From Mobula hypostoma (Eukaryota): DNA of 64,000 bases. Made by a program: the position numbers and the translations under genes. The stretch's first letter is position 1. The number at the start of each line of letters is the position of its first letter. The notes below the pieces were generated by a model, which made no database searches, was not told the DNA's origin, and saw only the letters and a program-made list of their open reading frames with translations. The stretch spans positions 83,454,001 through 83,518,000 of the forward strand of contig NC_086108.1 in assembly GCF_963921235.1 (NCBI RefSeq), given 5' to 3'. This document shows positions 38,301 through 64,000 of the stretch, one piece after another.

Positions 38301-41300
38301 AACAAGGGTATGTTTGGGGAAAAAAAGGGGTGCAGAATTCCAGGAAAAGAACACTTCTCCAACTGTTAATCGATCGATCATGCTTTGGGCTTACGTTGCA
38401 GCCAGTGACACAGGGAATATTTCACTGGTAGGGGGAAGAATGAATTCAATTAAATACCAGCAAATTCTTAATGCAAACTTTATACTTTTATACTTTATTG
38501 TCGCCAAACAAGTGATACTAGAACGTACAATCATCATAGCGATATTTGATTCTGTGCTTCCTGCTCCCTGGATTACAAATATTAAATATTAAAAATAGTA
38601 CAGATTAGTAAATATTAAAAATTTAAATTATAAATCATAAATAGAAAATAGAAAAATGGGAAGTAAGGTAGTGCAAAAAAAAAAACCGAGAGGCAGGTCC
38701 GGATATTTGGAGGGTACGGCTGGGTCCGGGTCAGGATCCGTTCAGCAGTCTTATCACTGTTGGAAAGAAGCTGTTCCCAAATCTGACCGTATGAGTCTTC
38801 AAGCTCCTGAGCCTTCTCCTGGAGGGGAGAGAAACAAAAAGTGTGTTGGCTGGGTGGGTCGTGTCTGATTATCCTGGCAGCACTGCTCCGACAGCGTGCG
38901 GTGTAAAGTGATTCCAAGGACGGAAGATTGGTTTGTGTGATGTGCTGTGCGGTGTTCACGATCTTCTGCAGCTTCTTTCGGTCTTGGACAGGATAACTTC
39001 CATACCAGGTTGTGATGCACCCTAGAAGAATGCTTTCTACGGTGCATCTATAAAAATTAGTGAGGGTTTTAGGGGACAGGCCAAATTTCTTTAGTTTTCT
39101 CAGGAAGTAAAGGCGTTGGTGGGCCTTCTTGGCTGTGAACTGTGCTTAGTTGGACCAAGTCAGGTCATTTGTGATATTGACCCCGAGGAACTTAAAGCTT
39201 TTGACCTGTTCCACTTGCACACCACTGATGTAAATTGGGTCGTGCGGTCAGCTACTCCTTCTGAAGTCAACAACCAATTCCTTCGTCTTGCTGACGTTGA
39301 GGGATAGGTTGTTGTCTTCGCACCATGCTACCAGGTTCTTAATTTCCTCTCTGTACTCAAACTCATCATTACCTGAGATACGGCCTACAATCACCCCCTC
39401 TGTAAAAAAAAAGCTGAATATGAAAAGAGAATGGCTTCTACAACAGAATAATGATCCTAAACACACCTCAGAATCCACAATGGACTACCTCAAGAGGCGC
39501 AAGCTGAAGGTTTTGCCATGGCCCTCACAGTCCCCTGACCTAAACATCATGGAAAATCTGTGGACAGACCTCAAAAGAGCAGGGCATGCAAGATGGCCCA
39601 AGAATCTCACAGAACTAGAAGCCTTTTGCAAGGAAGAATGTGCGAAAATCCCCCAAACAAGAATTGAAAGACTCTTAGCTGGCTACAGAAAGCGTTTACA
39701 AGCTGTGATACTTGCCAAAGGGGGTGTTACTAACTACTGACCATGCAGGGTGCCCAAACTTTTGCTTCGGGCCCTTTTCTGTTATTTTGAAACTGTAAAA
39801 GATGGAAATAAAAAAGTAATCCTGCTTAAAATATTAAAGAAATGTGTCATCTTTAATTTTATGCCTTTTGGAAATCAGGTCATCTTTTACTCGCTTAGCT
39901 ATTCACAGTAACAGAAATTTTGACCAGGGGTGCCCAAACTTTTGCATGCCACTGTGTGTATCAGTAATAAGTGTACACTGTTTTTAGTAGTAGCATTATC
40001 CTAATGTGGAATGATAAATACTACTGTAACATCTGTCATCACATTGGTTATTTTCTTTCTCTTGACCCTGTTGTGAACATTTAAAAAAAGTTTTCCTTCT
40101 GAAAGCTGAAAGATATGATCAGTTAAAACTGATAACTCAGAGGTAATTCTTCTTTTCTCGAATTTTAAACGAAACTTGAAACCAAGGCATTGTGTGTCCC
40201 TTAAGATTAACTAAAGTCTTTAATTGAAGAATACATTGGGTAATTTTCTGGCCAATAATTATATTCAAGCCTTCACTAGCTAAGTAAATACTCCTTTATC
40301 TTATTACTAGTTATTTCACCTCTCATCCTCTTGTTTGCAAATTTACATAAGCCTTTGTTTAAAAAGTGGGTGTATTTCAATCTGTAAAGTATTTGTGATA
40401 CCTTGATAGGTATACAGTATATTAATGTACCTTTTCCTTGATGTATTAATACTTCATGAATTACAGACGCATATGACTCCTTAAGCTAAGCCTAAACGTA
40501 CATTTTCTCTTCATATTCACAGGGTTAACTTTGGAAAATTGCCGGCTGTTTGAAAACCACATGGAAAGAGTGTCTGAAATTGTTAATGCACTGAAGCAAA
40601 ACCAATTCCTTAGAGTATTATCTTTGCCTGCAAATCGATTAGGTTGGTATATTCCTTTATTTTTATTGTCAATACACAATTGTTAGTGTAGTTCTGCTTT
40701 TATAAATTTGTAATTTCACCTGTTTACAAAAAAAAATCCACTCATTAGTTGTGCTGCGTACATGGTTGTGCCAGTAGGAATGTGGTTTATATATTTTAAA
40801 CATATTTTTAAGAATAATTCATAAAATATATTGCTTTGATTCTGCTAATTAAGCTTTGCTGTACAAGGATCCTATAAACATATGTTTAAATATTGTGACA
40901 TAATTTAACATAGTGGCAGTTATTAACTGCCAAGATAGGCAAATGAGCTTTGCTTGCTTTTCACAGGGAAAATTATTGTCTTAATCTTAATGTTCCATAT
41001 TTTTCCAATTTGGAGTCCACAGCCATATCTTGTATCAAAAAGTTGATGTAAAAACATGCACTTTATTGTTTAGAAAGGATAAAAGTGATTTGATATTGTA
41101 ACCATTCAAAAATACATAACATGTTATGCTTTTTGTAATTAGGAAACAAAGGTCTGCTGTTGCTGGCAAAACTTTTTACTGAAGATTCTTTATCCTGTAT
41201 CTCCTGTCTGAATGTGAGGTAATCATGTTTTAAATTTGTTCATTCCAGAACCAGTATTCTCTGACTGAGGAGATGGTGAGCTTTTAACCAGCTGGTCAGC

Positions 41301-43979
41301 AATGGCATGAATTTGGCAATAGCATGCTCAGATTTCAAAATTAGGATTTTTCTTAACCTCTACTTGGATTGCCCAAATGGTCACTATTACAGAAACTGGC
41401 AGTAAAATTTGCTTTATATTATCAATTAAAGCTAACATCTTGTGTATTACCAGTTCAGAATTTCCCCTTATAGATTAGAGCAACACAGCTTGGAAACAGA
41501 ACTTTCAACCCAAGCAGTCCATACGATTATGATGCCACCCTAGCTAGTCCCAATTTCAACATATATTCCTCTAATCCTCACCCTCCTAGTGCTTCTTAAT
41601 TTATACTATTGTATCTGCCTTCACCATCTCCTCTGGTAACTTAATCCATAGAATCAGCACCCTCTGTTTCGAAAATGTTGTCCCTATTAAATCTTTACCC
41701 TCTCATGGAAGGATGTGGAAACTATAGAAAGGGTGCAGAGCAGATTTATAAGGATGTTGCCTCGATTGGGGAGCATGCCTTATGAGAATAGGTTGAGTGA
41801 ACTTGGCCTTTTCTCCTTGGAGTGACAGAGGATGAGAGGTGACCTGATAGGCGTGTATAAGATGATGAAAGGCGTTGACCATGTGGATAGTCAGAGGCTT
41901 TCCCCCAGGGCTGAAATGGCTAACACGAGAGGCCACAGTTTTAAGGTGCTTGGAAGTTGGCAGAGAGGAGATGTCGGAGTAAGTTTTTTATGCCGAGAGT
42001 GGTGAATGCTTGGAATGGGCTGACAGCGACTGTGGTGGAGGCGGATACAATAGGAACTCCTGGATAGGTACATAGAGCTTAGAAAAACAGAGGGCTATGG
42101 GTAACCCTGGATAATTTCTAAAGTGCATGTTTGGCACAGCATTGTGGGCCAAAAGGCCTGTATTGTTCTGTAGGTTTTCTATGTTTCATCCTAATCTTAT
42201 GCCTTGTACAGTAGTTTTGGACTCCCTACCCTGTCTCTGCCCATATAGATCTAGGCAAACAACTCTCAAACTTCCTTTTTGTTTGGAACTGTCTGCTTTA
42301 AGTAATCAAAAATAAATAGTACCTGTTTAGTGTCACAGTGAGTGTGAGAGATTTGGATATTAAAGGATAACTGTTCTGTTGACACCTTAGATAGGATGTT
42401 ATCTTTAAAAGCCTTTCTTACTGGCCTTACATTTTTTATTCAACCAAATCTACATTTTGTATCATTCAATTGGTTATATTGTATCTTTTAGGGAGATTTC
42501 TGTCACTTCTCTTGATATTCCAGTGGTTAGACTTGAGGATAAAATATCTCCTAGACAAAATTTTGCTAGTTTTGGAGTAAGAAACTATTTACCCAATTTT
42601 GTTGAATTTGCCAGTTATCCAGCACAAAGCCCACCATGTGCTTGCCCTTGTATATTAATCCTATTGATCAGCACTTAAATCTGATGCCTTCTATGCCGTA
42701 GCAATTCAAATACTCACCCAGATATTTTTTTAAAGTGCTATGAGAGTAACTGCTTCCACTATCCCCTCAAGCATACATTTAGAAATCTACCAACATATGG
42801 GAGGAAAAATTCTTCCTCAGATGTCTGTAAACCTTGCAGTTTACCCTAAACTGTAACTTCTGGTTATAGACATCTCTGCTGTTGGAAAAGTTTCCTACTA
42901 TGTACTCAATCTATGCCCTCAATTTTGTATACGTCACAAAGTTTCAACTGTAGGCAGAACTTGTTTTTATTTTATGATTTAAAACAAATAATGCTAGAAA
43001 AACTAGGCAACAGCTATGGAAAGAGAAACTGGTATCATTTCAGGTCCAACATCCATGATCAGAATTGGGCAAGAGGAAACAAGGTAGTAGAAAAGGTGGG
43101 AAAGTAGAACAAAAACATGTAGAACTCTGGTAGGGTGATTATGTTTAGTACTTTCTTTTTTCCCAGCTCTAACAAATTGTTCTAGACCTGCATTATTTTT
43201 TTGCAGTTTCTATGGTTGGGCTTTTTATTTATTTGAAGGGAAGTGTCACACATATCTTCACTATCTACCTGTGCTGCTATCTTTAGGGGGCTATGGGCTT
43301 GTACAGCAAGGACCCTGTAATCCTCAGTACTCCCGAAGGCCCTACCATTCATTATGTACATCCAACCTTTATTAGATTTATCAAAACAAATCACCTTGCA
43401 ACCAGCATCTGTGAAGAGAGAAACCTAATATTATAGATCTAGGACATTTCATGGGAGCTGGTAAAGAAAGAAAATCAAGTAATTGATTTGTACACCTCGT
43501 ATGTCTTGGAATTAATCCACTTTATGCCTGTAAGAAATTCAATACATCCCTATTGTAAATATAGTAGAGATGACAGGCAGATATTCCAAGAGGGTTGCAG
43601 TGCAGTTGATGGAGATTACAAGCAAAAATGAGGCAATTAATAATTTTACCAATTGCATTATATAACAGTATTTATCAAATTGATACATTTTTAATAAATC
43701 AGATTTCATAATCTCAGTCTATAATTTTCTTTTCCAAGTGCTAATTGTATTCGTGGAGATGGACTATTTGAGTTTGCATCATTCCTCATGAGAGCTGAAT
43801 CAGAAATGCCTGGCAGCCTAAAGCTGAAGGAACTGAATGTAAGCGAGAATCTATTCTTCAGAGATCCTGCACTTACCCAAGAGGCACTTAAAGTCTTCAA
43901 GAACAAATGTCATGTAATCACAGTACAGTCCCTTACAGATCCATTACAAGCACTTGCTGACCATTCCAGTGTAATGTAG
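26222..43979 (+). CDS. LRRC41: Leucine-rich repeat-containing protein 41 (MUF1, Elongin BC-cullin substrate receptor), complete 10-exon gene, ~961 aa
   Basis: join(26222-26330, 27274-27360, 29637-29707, 33176-34853, 35563-35802, 36761-36925, 37298-37396, 40523-40642, 41143-41218, 43739-43979) = 2886 nt, GT-AG, phases consistent. Matches recalled LRRC41 segments: N-terminal BC-box PTLFTLCARNI, NIYDLERIEE, WRQKFLQTFFHGVLWGTLDTSSDRRL, LLSSWVSLQKLVLEYNGLG, LSLPANRLGNKGLLLLA, C-terminal ALADHSSVM. Adjacent to RAD54L as in human. Confidence 0.94.
27274..27360 (+). CDS. LRRC41: LRRC41 exon 2 (cullin box)
   Basis: (D)LPTAVLQELLHFFNIYDLERIEEIAVNK; tag| and |gtaag. Confidence 0.92.
27890..28345 (-). 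mobile_element. Decayed CR1 LINE fragment
   Basis: FTRMLPGLE...GLFSLEQKKMRGDLKKVYRIMKGIDR. Confidence 0.8.
29637..29707 (+). CDS. LRRC41: LRRC41 exon 3
   Basis: (G)ISTQAFWLQIWKDVIGTNPKAKI; ctag| and |gtaagt. Confidence 0.92.
30497..32532 (+). mobile_element. Penelope-like retroelement (5'-truncated, with inverted 5' pseudo-LTR segment)
   Basis: RT: FTMDVQSLYTSIPH, MGPSYACLFVG, LRYIDDCIG, YYKPTDSHSYL. GIY-YIG: GVIYCVRCSRCGLLYIGKTRRRLGDRFAEH. 30497-30740 is the reverse complement of about 32270-32498. Confidence 0.93.
32409..32444 (+). ncRNA. Minimal type I hammerhead ribozyme motif in Penelope pseudo-LTR
   Basis: agtc-CTGACGA-a-ggg tctcag ccc-GAAA-cGTC-gact: stem I agtc/gact, stem II ggg/ccc, palindromic minimal stem III, GUC cleavage triplet. 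Confidence 0.72.
33176..34853 (+). CDS. LRRC41: LRRC41 exon 4 (1678 bp)
   Basis: EPVNWRQKFLQ...LVLEYN; contains the 551-aa ORF 33203-34858; acag| and G|GTTAG. Confidence 0.93.
35563..35802 (+). CDS. LRRC41: LRRC41 exon 5
   Basis: (G)LGPAIFLILKGLY...IDTPEIA; ttag| and G|GTGGG. Confidence 0.9.
36761..36925 (+). CDS. LRRC41: LRRC41 exon 6
   Basis: (G)SCLKDLSLSCTNVPLQVDMLLTVLKELKFLKRLNLHKASFSPPEQLGKLLHATT; weak donor T|GTGCGT required by phase. Confidence 0.85.
37298..37396 (+). CDS. LRRC41: LRRC41 exon 7
   Basis: SLPMLEWITIEDVNLAVCFKEVLDLLRNASFK; ctag| and G|GTGAG. Confidence 0.88.
37463..39954 (+). mobile_element. Tc1/mariner transposon (IR/DR type), transposase disrupted
   Basis: Long TIRs beginning cagt(a/g)gc.tgcaaa..tttgggcacc with an internal repeat of caaaagtttgggcacc; TA on the left. 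Transposase 37811-39740: GRPRK, VLWTD, QQNNDPKH, WPSQSPDLNIMENLW; stop and frameshift present. Confidence 0.95.
38479..39389 (-). mobile_element. Rex1/Babar LINE inserted into the Tc1 transposase
   Basis: VGRISGNDEFEYREEIKNLVAWCEDNNLSLNVSKTKELVVDFR; Tc1 reads ...ILNAN | ITPSVKK across the insertion. Confidence 0.9.
40523..40642 (+). CDS. LRRC41: LRRC41 exon 8
   Basis: LTLENCRLFENHMERVSEIVNALKQNQFLRVLSLPANRL; acag| and G|GTTGG. Confidence 0.92.
41143..41218 (+). CDS. LRRC41: LRRC41 exon 9
   Basis: (G)NKGLLLLAKLFTEDSLSCISCLNV; ttag| and AG|GTAAT. Confidence 0.92.
41706..42187 (+). mobile_element. CR1 LINE 3' end (same subfamily as 14340-14810), inserted into an older antisense CR1
   Basis: Closely similar to 14340-14810; flanked by reverse-strand CR1 remnants (about 41470-41705 and 42190-42260). 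Confidence 0.85.
43739..43979 (+). CDS. LRRC41: LRRC41 last coding exon
   Basis: (S)ANCIRGDGLFEFASFLMR...CHVITVQSLTDPLQALADHSSVM*; caag| acceptor. Confidence 0.92.
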
Positions 43980-44325
43980 ATATTGCAATTTAGCAACTAT
44001 TATTCAGATAGATTTTTTTTATTTTATGAGCAAAGCTATTTGCATACTTGCAGTTGAGAAGTACTTTTGTTTGAATTGACTTGAAATCCAAGCCATTCTA
44101 AAGGTACTGTTTCAGTTTAAGTACATTGGACAAGAAAGACAATGAAATGGGACTCTCTTTTCAACCCCACCCTAAGATCCTCAGTACTTTGTACTAAAGG
44201 CAATTTTAGCAGTAGATTTTGTTTTAGGGCAGCTTGATATGCCTTGACATGTACCAATTTGTTCTTGGGTTTCACTATTAATTCCTTTTGTGAAGATAAT
44301 ACAATTCCAAGTAATTAAGTATTGT

Positions 44326-44344
44326 AATAAAGTTTTATAATAAA
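44326..44344 (+). terminator. Candidate LRRC41 polyadenylation signals (two AATAAA)
   Basis: aataaa at 44326-44331 and 44339-44344, about 350 nt after the stop. Confidence 0.5.
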
Positions 44345-45649
44345 GTTCATTGGACAAAGCTTTTAAGTACAAGCTAAGCTTGTGTATTATTTATTGCTGT
44401 AGCTAATGTAAATGCTGATAGCAACATTTGACCAGTTATGGCATCAAGGACCCTCAACTTAAAAGGCAAGGGAATCTTTTTTACAGCAGTCAAAACATCT
44501 CTAACATGAGTTTTGTTTCATGTTAATCATTTTAACTTCAGAAACAGCTAATGTTTTCATAGTAGCATTTCCCCATTGATCTTCATTTCCTTGTTCAATA
44601 TTAATCCAGGGGATCACCAGCAATAAAAACTGGCTGAAAACTCACTTTCCACCTGGCATTAGCACAGCATGGCAACCAAAGCCATTCAAGATGGTACATA
44701 CCACCCCTATCAATGTCAATTAGAAATGTGCATTAAATATGGCCCTTGCCACTGCTACCAACATCCCATGAGAGGAAGGTAAATGTTTATGTTATGGTTA
44801 ACCAGAACATACATAGTTTTAAATGGAAACTGGTGTGCTTCAGCCACAATTTACATTCAAACCAAAAGGAAACCATGATTTTTATTGGCTTAGTACATTA
44901 AGTGCAGTACTATACAACAGGTACATTTAAAAATAAGAGAGACAATCACATCATGGATTTAATGGAGAACAATGATCAGGTTAAAGGAGAATTTTCCCAT
45001 CCTGCTGGTACTTTTGATAACTTAAAAGTGCAAACAGTTGATCTGGGCAGAATTAATTGAGCTCAGACCTCCGGACCTCAGACTTCCCCAAATTAGCCAT
45101 TAATTGAGCTATTAGCAGTAGTTCAACTGAGAGCAGATGCACAGGTGTTTTAGAGAGAGCAAAGATAAAATATTGCATCTCCAGCAACACTTCATACTAG
45201 TGTTCCCAATGATTAGCAAGTCTTATAACATACCTGAGAGCTATTACTTTAAAGCAATATTTAAATATATTGCTGACAATATAGCTCAATGATCTATGAG
45301 CATCAGGAATCTTGAAATTATATAAACCTTAAGAGATAATAACAGAAGTATTTTATATACATATGAATTTTAAATCTATTCTTTGAACGTGAATACTGTA
45401 TTAACACTTACATATTACTGATTCATCTCCACAACTTACAACTCCCCCAATGCTCTTAACAAAATATAGCTTAGAATGAGCCTTTGCCTATTCACAGAAT
45501 AGATCACAATAAGTCGTTACATAATATACTATGCAGACCTTTGCATTCCACAACAGACTAGATGTTTCAGAAGTGTTCTATGTGAAAATGATACAGCATT
45601 CAAGAGCACTTAAGGACAGTGATGAATTTTTCTTTTGCAATGTGTAAAA

Positions 45650-46170
45650 GGGGTGTATGGGGCGGGGTAGCACCTCTGGTGGGGGGCCTGCCATGCCCTT
45701 TTTTAGGACAGCTTGTCCACCTTTGATCCCCACCTGACACTCAGCTCTCACCTGTGGCTCCAAGTAGCTGTAGCATGCGCAGTAGCCACACCCCGGTAAA
45801 CCATCTCGGCAGATGGGCCAAACCAGGTGAGGGTAACCAACGGATCTTCGACCCTCAGTGATGTAGGGGATTTGCCTGTCCCAGCGTGTGAAGTCGTCTG
45901 GCCATGGCGGATTGAGCGAAGGAGACCAATTAATAGTCCAATGGTCAAGAAGGCGGGCCAGCAGGCGTGGTGGAGCGCTAAGAGCACGACAAGGCACTTA
46001 GACGTCCTGGTCATCCACTGCAAGAGGTGGTGATCTCTTTAAACTCACCCGGCAGAAGGCAAAGGCAAACCACTGCTGTAACCTGCCACGAACATGATTT
46101 CCCAAAATGACATGAGTGGTGTGGAGGGAAATAGTCCACCAAATGGAAATTCCAGATGCGACCTAACGAC
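45650..46170 (+). mobile_element. Non-autonomous RTE-related element
   Basis: 5' ggggtgtatgggg...ggggtagcacctc; gaaggcaaaggcaaaccac; tail acgacgatgacaacg resembles the RTE 3' end at about 19770; related copy at 47110-47545. Confidence 0.6.
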
Positions 46171-46366
46171 GATGACAACGAAAAGGCAGCATATTCAGAT
46201 AAATGAAATCAAAGAGGAGTAATGCAGCCAGCTGATCCTCATGCAGATTTCTCAAAGTTCAGAACCTTCATTGTTGGTACACCAAAATGCAATAAGATTT
46301 CAGAAAGGCAACTGATCCATTTTAGGCACCTTTAATGAATCTTCATTTTTACAACCACTGAGTATC

Positions 46367-61517
<15,151 letters not shown>

Positions 61518-63059
61518 CTGAAGGAAAGAAATGACTAATGTAATTTGACTGAAATGGAGAACATGGTGCAGAACGAAATACATATCAATCTTAATTTGAT
61601 TTACCCTTATATTGTGGGTAGGGGTTGGGTATAGAAAAGGAAAAAGTGACTGTGATAGAGATATTTTTCTGTATAAAAGTCATGCACAAGTTTATTCAGC
61701 TGGACAAGTGAAATTCAATTAAACTGTCCCGGTTATAATAATAGACGTCTGAAAATGCTCTTGATTGCTGCAAAGCAAAACCAATAGGACTTAAGAGTGA
61801 TAAGTTCAATCATTATTAACATTAGAAGATGCTTCTATTTTGGCCTGCACAAGTCATACTGGTAGAGCTTAAAGTTCCAAATTAACTTGAACCTCCAACA
61901 AAAATGTTTCTTGAATAGAAACTACTAAACAGATTTCAGAGAAATTGTACTCGAATGGTGTACAATGTTATATTTTATTAATGCCAGCTGTTGTGCTCAC
62001 ATTCAGATTGTCTTTTACCAGTGAAGGATAAAGATTATACTATAAAACAAGACCTGATGTTGTTCAACTTTCCACTTTCTCAAGAACAACAAGGATGGGC
62101 AATCAATGCTAGTCCTGCCATATCACATAAACTTAAAAAAAAAAGGCAAATTTGAGGAACCTGTCTACATTATTTAATCACTTATACCTAAATGGAGAGC
62201 ACAAACTAAAAATATTTGCAGATTACACAAAGATTCATTTCCTGGTTGACAGAAAGAGAAAGCGTTAGACTGTAGAAAGAAATAGATTGTCCAGTCAGTT
62301 AACGAGAGAAATGGCAGCTAGAGTTAAAATCCAAATAAAATGTATAAGGTGATGCCCTTGAGGTGGTGTAAAAAGTAAATAAAAAAGAGAGGTTACAGAA
62401 TGCTGCTGAAGAGGGACCATAGAAAGTACATCTACAAATTCTTAAATGTAGAACAAATCAATACAATTTATAAGAAGTCTTCTTTTATCAGCTGAAGCAT
62501 AGGATGAGGGCCGTCTACAACACGGGTTAATATGGTTAGTGAGCCTGCGTTTATTGCCTATTTTTAATATCCCTTGAACTGAGTGGCTTCATAATGCATT
62601 TGCATTCACATACAGGCCAGCCCAGAAGACATATTTCCTCTCCAGAACAATATTAGTGAGTGAGATGTTTAAAACAATTTGCTTTATGGTCATCACTACT
62701 GTTCTTCCAGCTGCTGTAGTGGGATTTGAACTTAGGTCTCTGGATCTTTAATCTAGTAATTTAAATGCTGTACCATCATTGTGCCTCTTGTTTGAGAAAC
62801 GTATACATTTCTGCTCAGAACATTACAGGGAAGTACGGTATGATTGCACTCTGGAATGATGAAGCTAGGGAATAAAACAAAACTGCATAAAATAGAATTG
62901 TTTCCTTTGGAATTGAGGCAGAGACCTAATTGAGGTGTATAGCCTAACTCTGTCATGATGAAATGGTGGAGCAGACTTGATGGGCCAAATGGCCTAATTC
63001 TGCTCCTATATCTTGTGGTATAAAAATAAGGGGCCTAGGTAGGGATCACGTATGAGAGG

Positions 63060-63680
63060 ACTTAAGACCATAAGACATAGGAACAGAATTAGGTCATTTG
63101 GCCCATCGAATCTGCTGTCATTTCATCATAGCTGATTCATTTTTCCTTTCAGCCCCAAATCTCTTGCCCTGCCCCAATATCTCTCCATGCCCTGACCAAT
63201 CAAGAATCTATCAACCTCTGCCTCAAACATACATACAGACGTGGCCTCCACAGCTGCCTGTGGTAACGAATTCCACAGATTCACTACTCTTTGGCTAAAG
63301 AAATTTCTCCTCATCTCCATTCTAAAAGGACGCCCCTCTGTTCTGAGTTGTGACCTCTGGTCTTAGACTCTTCCACCATAGGAAACATCCTCTCCACATC
63401 CACGCTATCAAGGATTATCACCATTCAACAGGCTTCAATGAGGTCACCCCCCCATTCTTCTGAATTCCAGTGAATTCAGGCTCAGATCATAAAATGCTCT
63501 TCATATGACAAGCTGTTCAAACCTGGAATCATTCTCGTGAACCTCCTTTGAACCCTCTCCATTTGCAGCACATCCTTTCTAAGGCAAGGGGCCCAAAACT
63601 GCTCATAGTACTCAAAGTGAGGCCTCACCAGTTCTTTATAAAGTCTCAACATTACATCCTTGTTTTTATATTCTAGTCCT
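63060..63680 (-). mobile_element. CR1 LINE 3' fragment
   Basis: [25 protein letters not shown]...EVDRFL. Confidence 0.88.
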
Positions 63681-64000
63681 CATAGATGTAAAATAATTGG
63701 CAGAGGGATGAAATGGAAGATGAAGGAACGTGTTTTCATCCAGGGAACAGTCTTGAAATTGGTTATTGGAAGACTCTTACAGGCAGAAATCCTCATCAAA
63801 CTTAGACATTTAGTTGAAGAACTACAATCTAATCAGGCTGTGAATTGCAATGGAAAGCAAGGTAAAGTCGGTTATCTTTTTCAACCAATACGTATAGACA
63901 CAATGGGCCAAATAGCCTCCTTTCTTGTTGTAACTTTTCTGTAATTCCTTGAATGTGTCATTTTCTTTATCAAAAATGAGAATTCAGGAATTGAAGACAG

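Noticed and set aside
61518..64000. Next upstream RAD54L exon (expected CLIRRT...LPVK.EQVVCC)
   Set aside because: Not found by eye; probably lies beyond the window end.

Overview
Eukaryotic vertebrate DNA, most likely a cartilaginous fish (shark or ray); this is inferred from the repeat landscape of CR1, Rex-Babar and RTE LINEs, HE1/V-type SINEs and Penelope elements. Three spliced genes were reconstructed by hand with GT-AG boundaries and consistent phases. ATPAF1 is complete (minus strand, 9 coding exons, 25897->3056, ~310 aa). LRRC41/MUF1 is complete (plus strand, 10 coding exons, 26222->43979, ~961 aa). RAD54L is partial (last 7 coding exons, minus strand, 61517->46367). ATPAF1 and LRRC41 are head-to-head across 324 bp; LRRC41 and RAD54L are tail-to-tail. 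Most remaining ORFs in the supplied track are decayed transposon fragments or antisense shadows. The best leads are: minimal hammerhead-ribozyme motifs in Penelope pseudo-LTRs, including one with an intact core in sense inside LRRC41 intron 3 preceded by its own antisense copy; an apparent promoter-partner swap relative to human (ATPAF1 instead of UQCRH next to LRRC41); an altered cullin box and a long variable insert with a conserved DIYDYIF motif in LRRC41; and nested transposons, including a filled/empty-site pair. I found no well-supported, wholly new biological system. Gene identities and human comparisons rest on my recollection of the human proteins and gene order, not on a database search.
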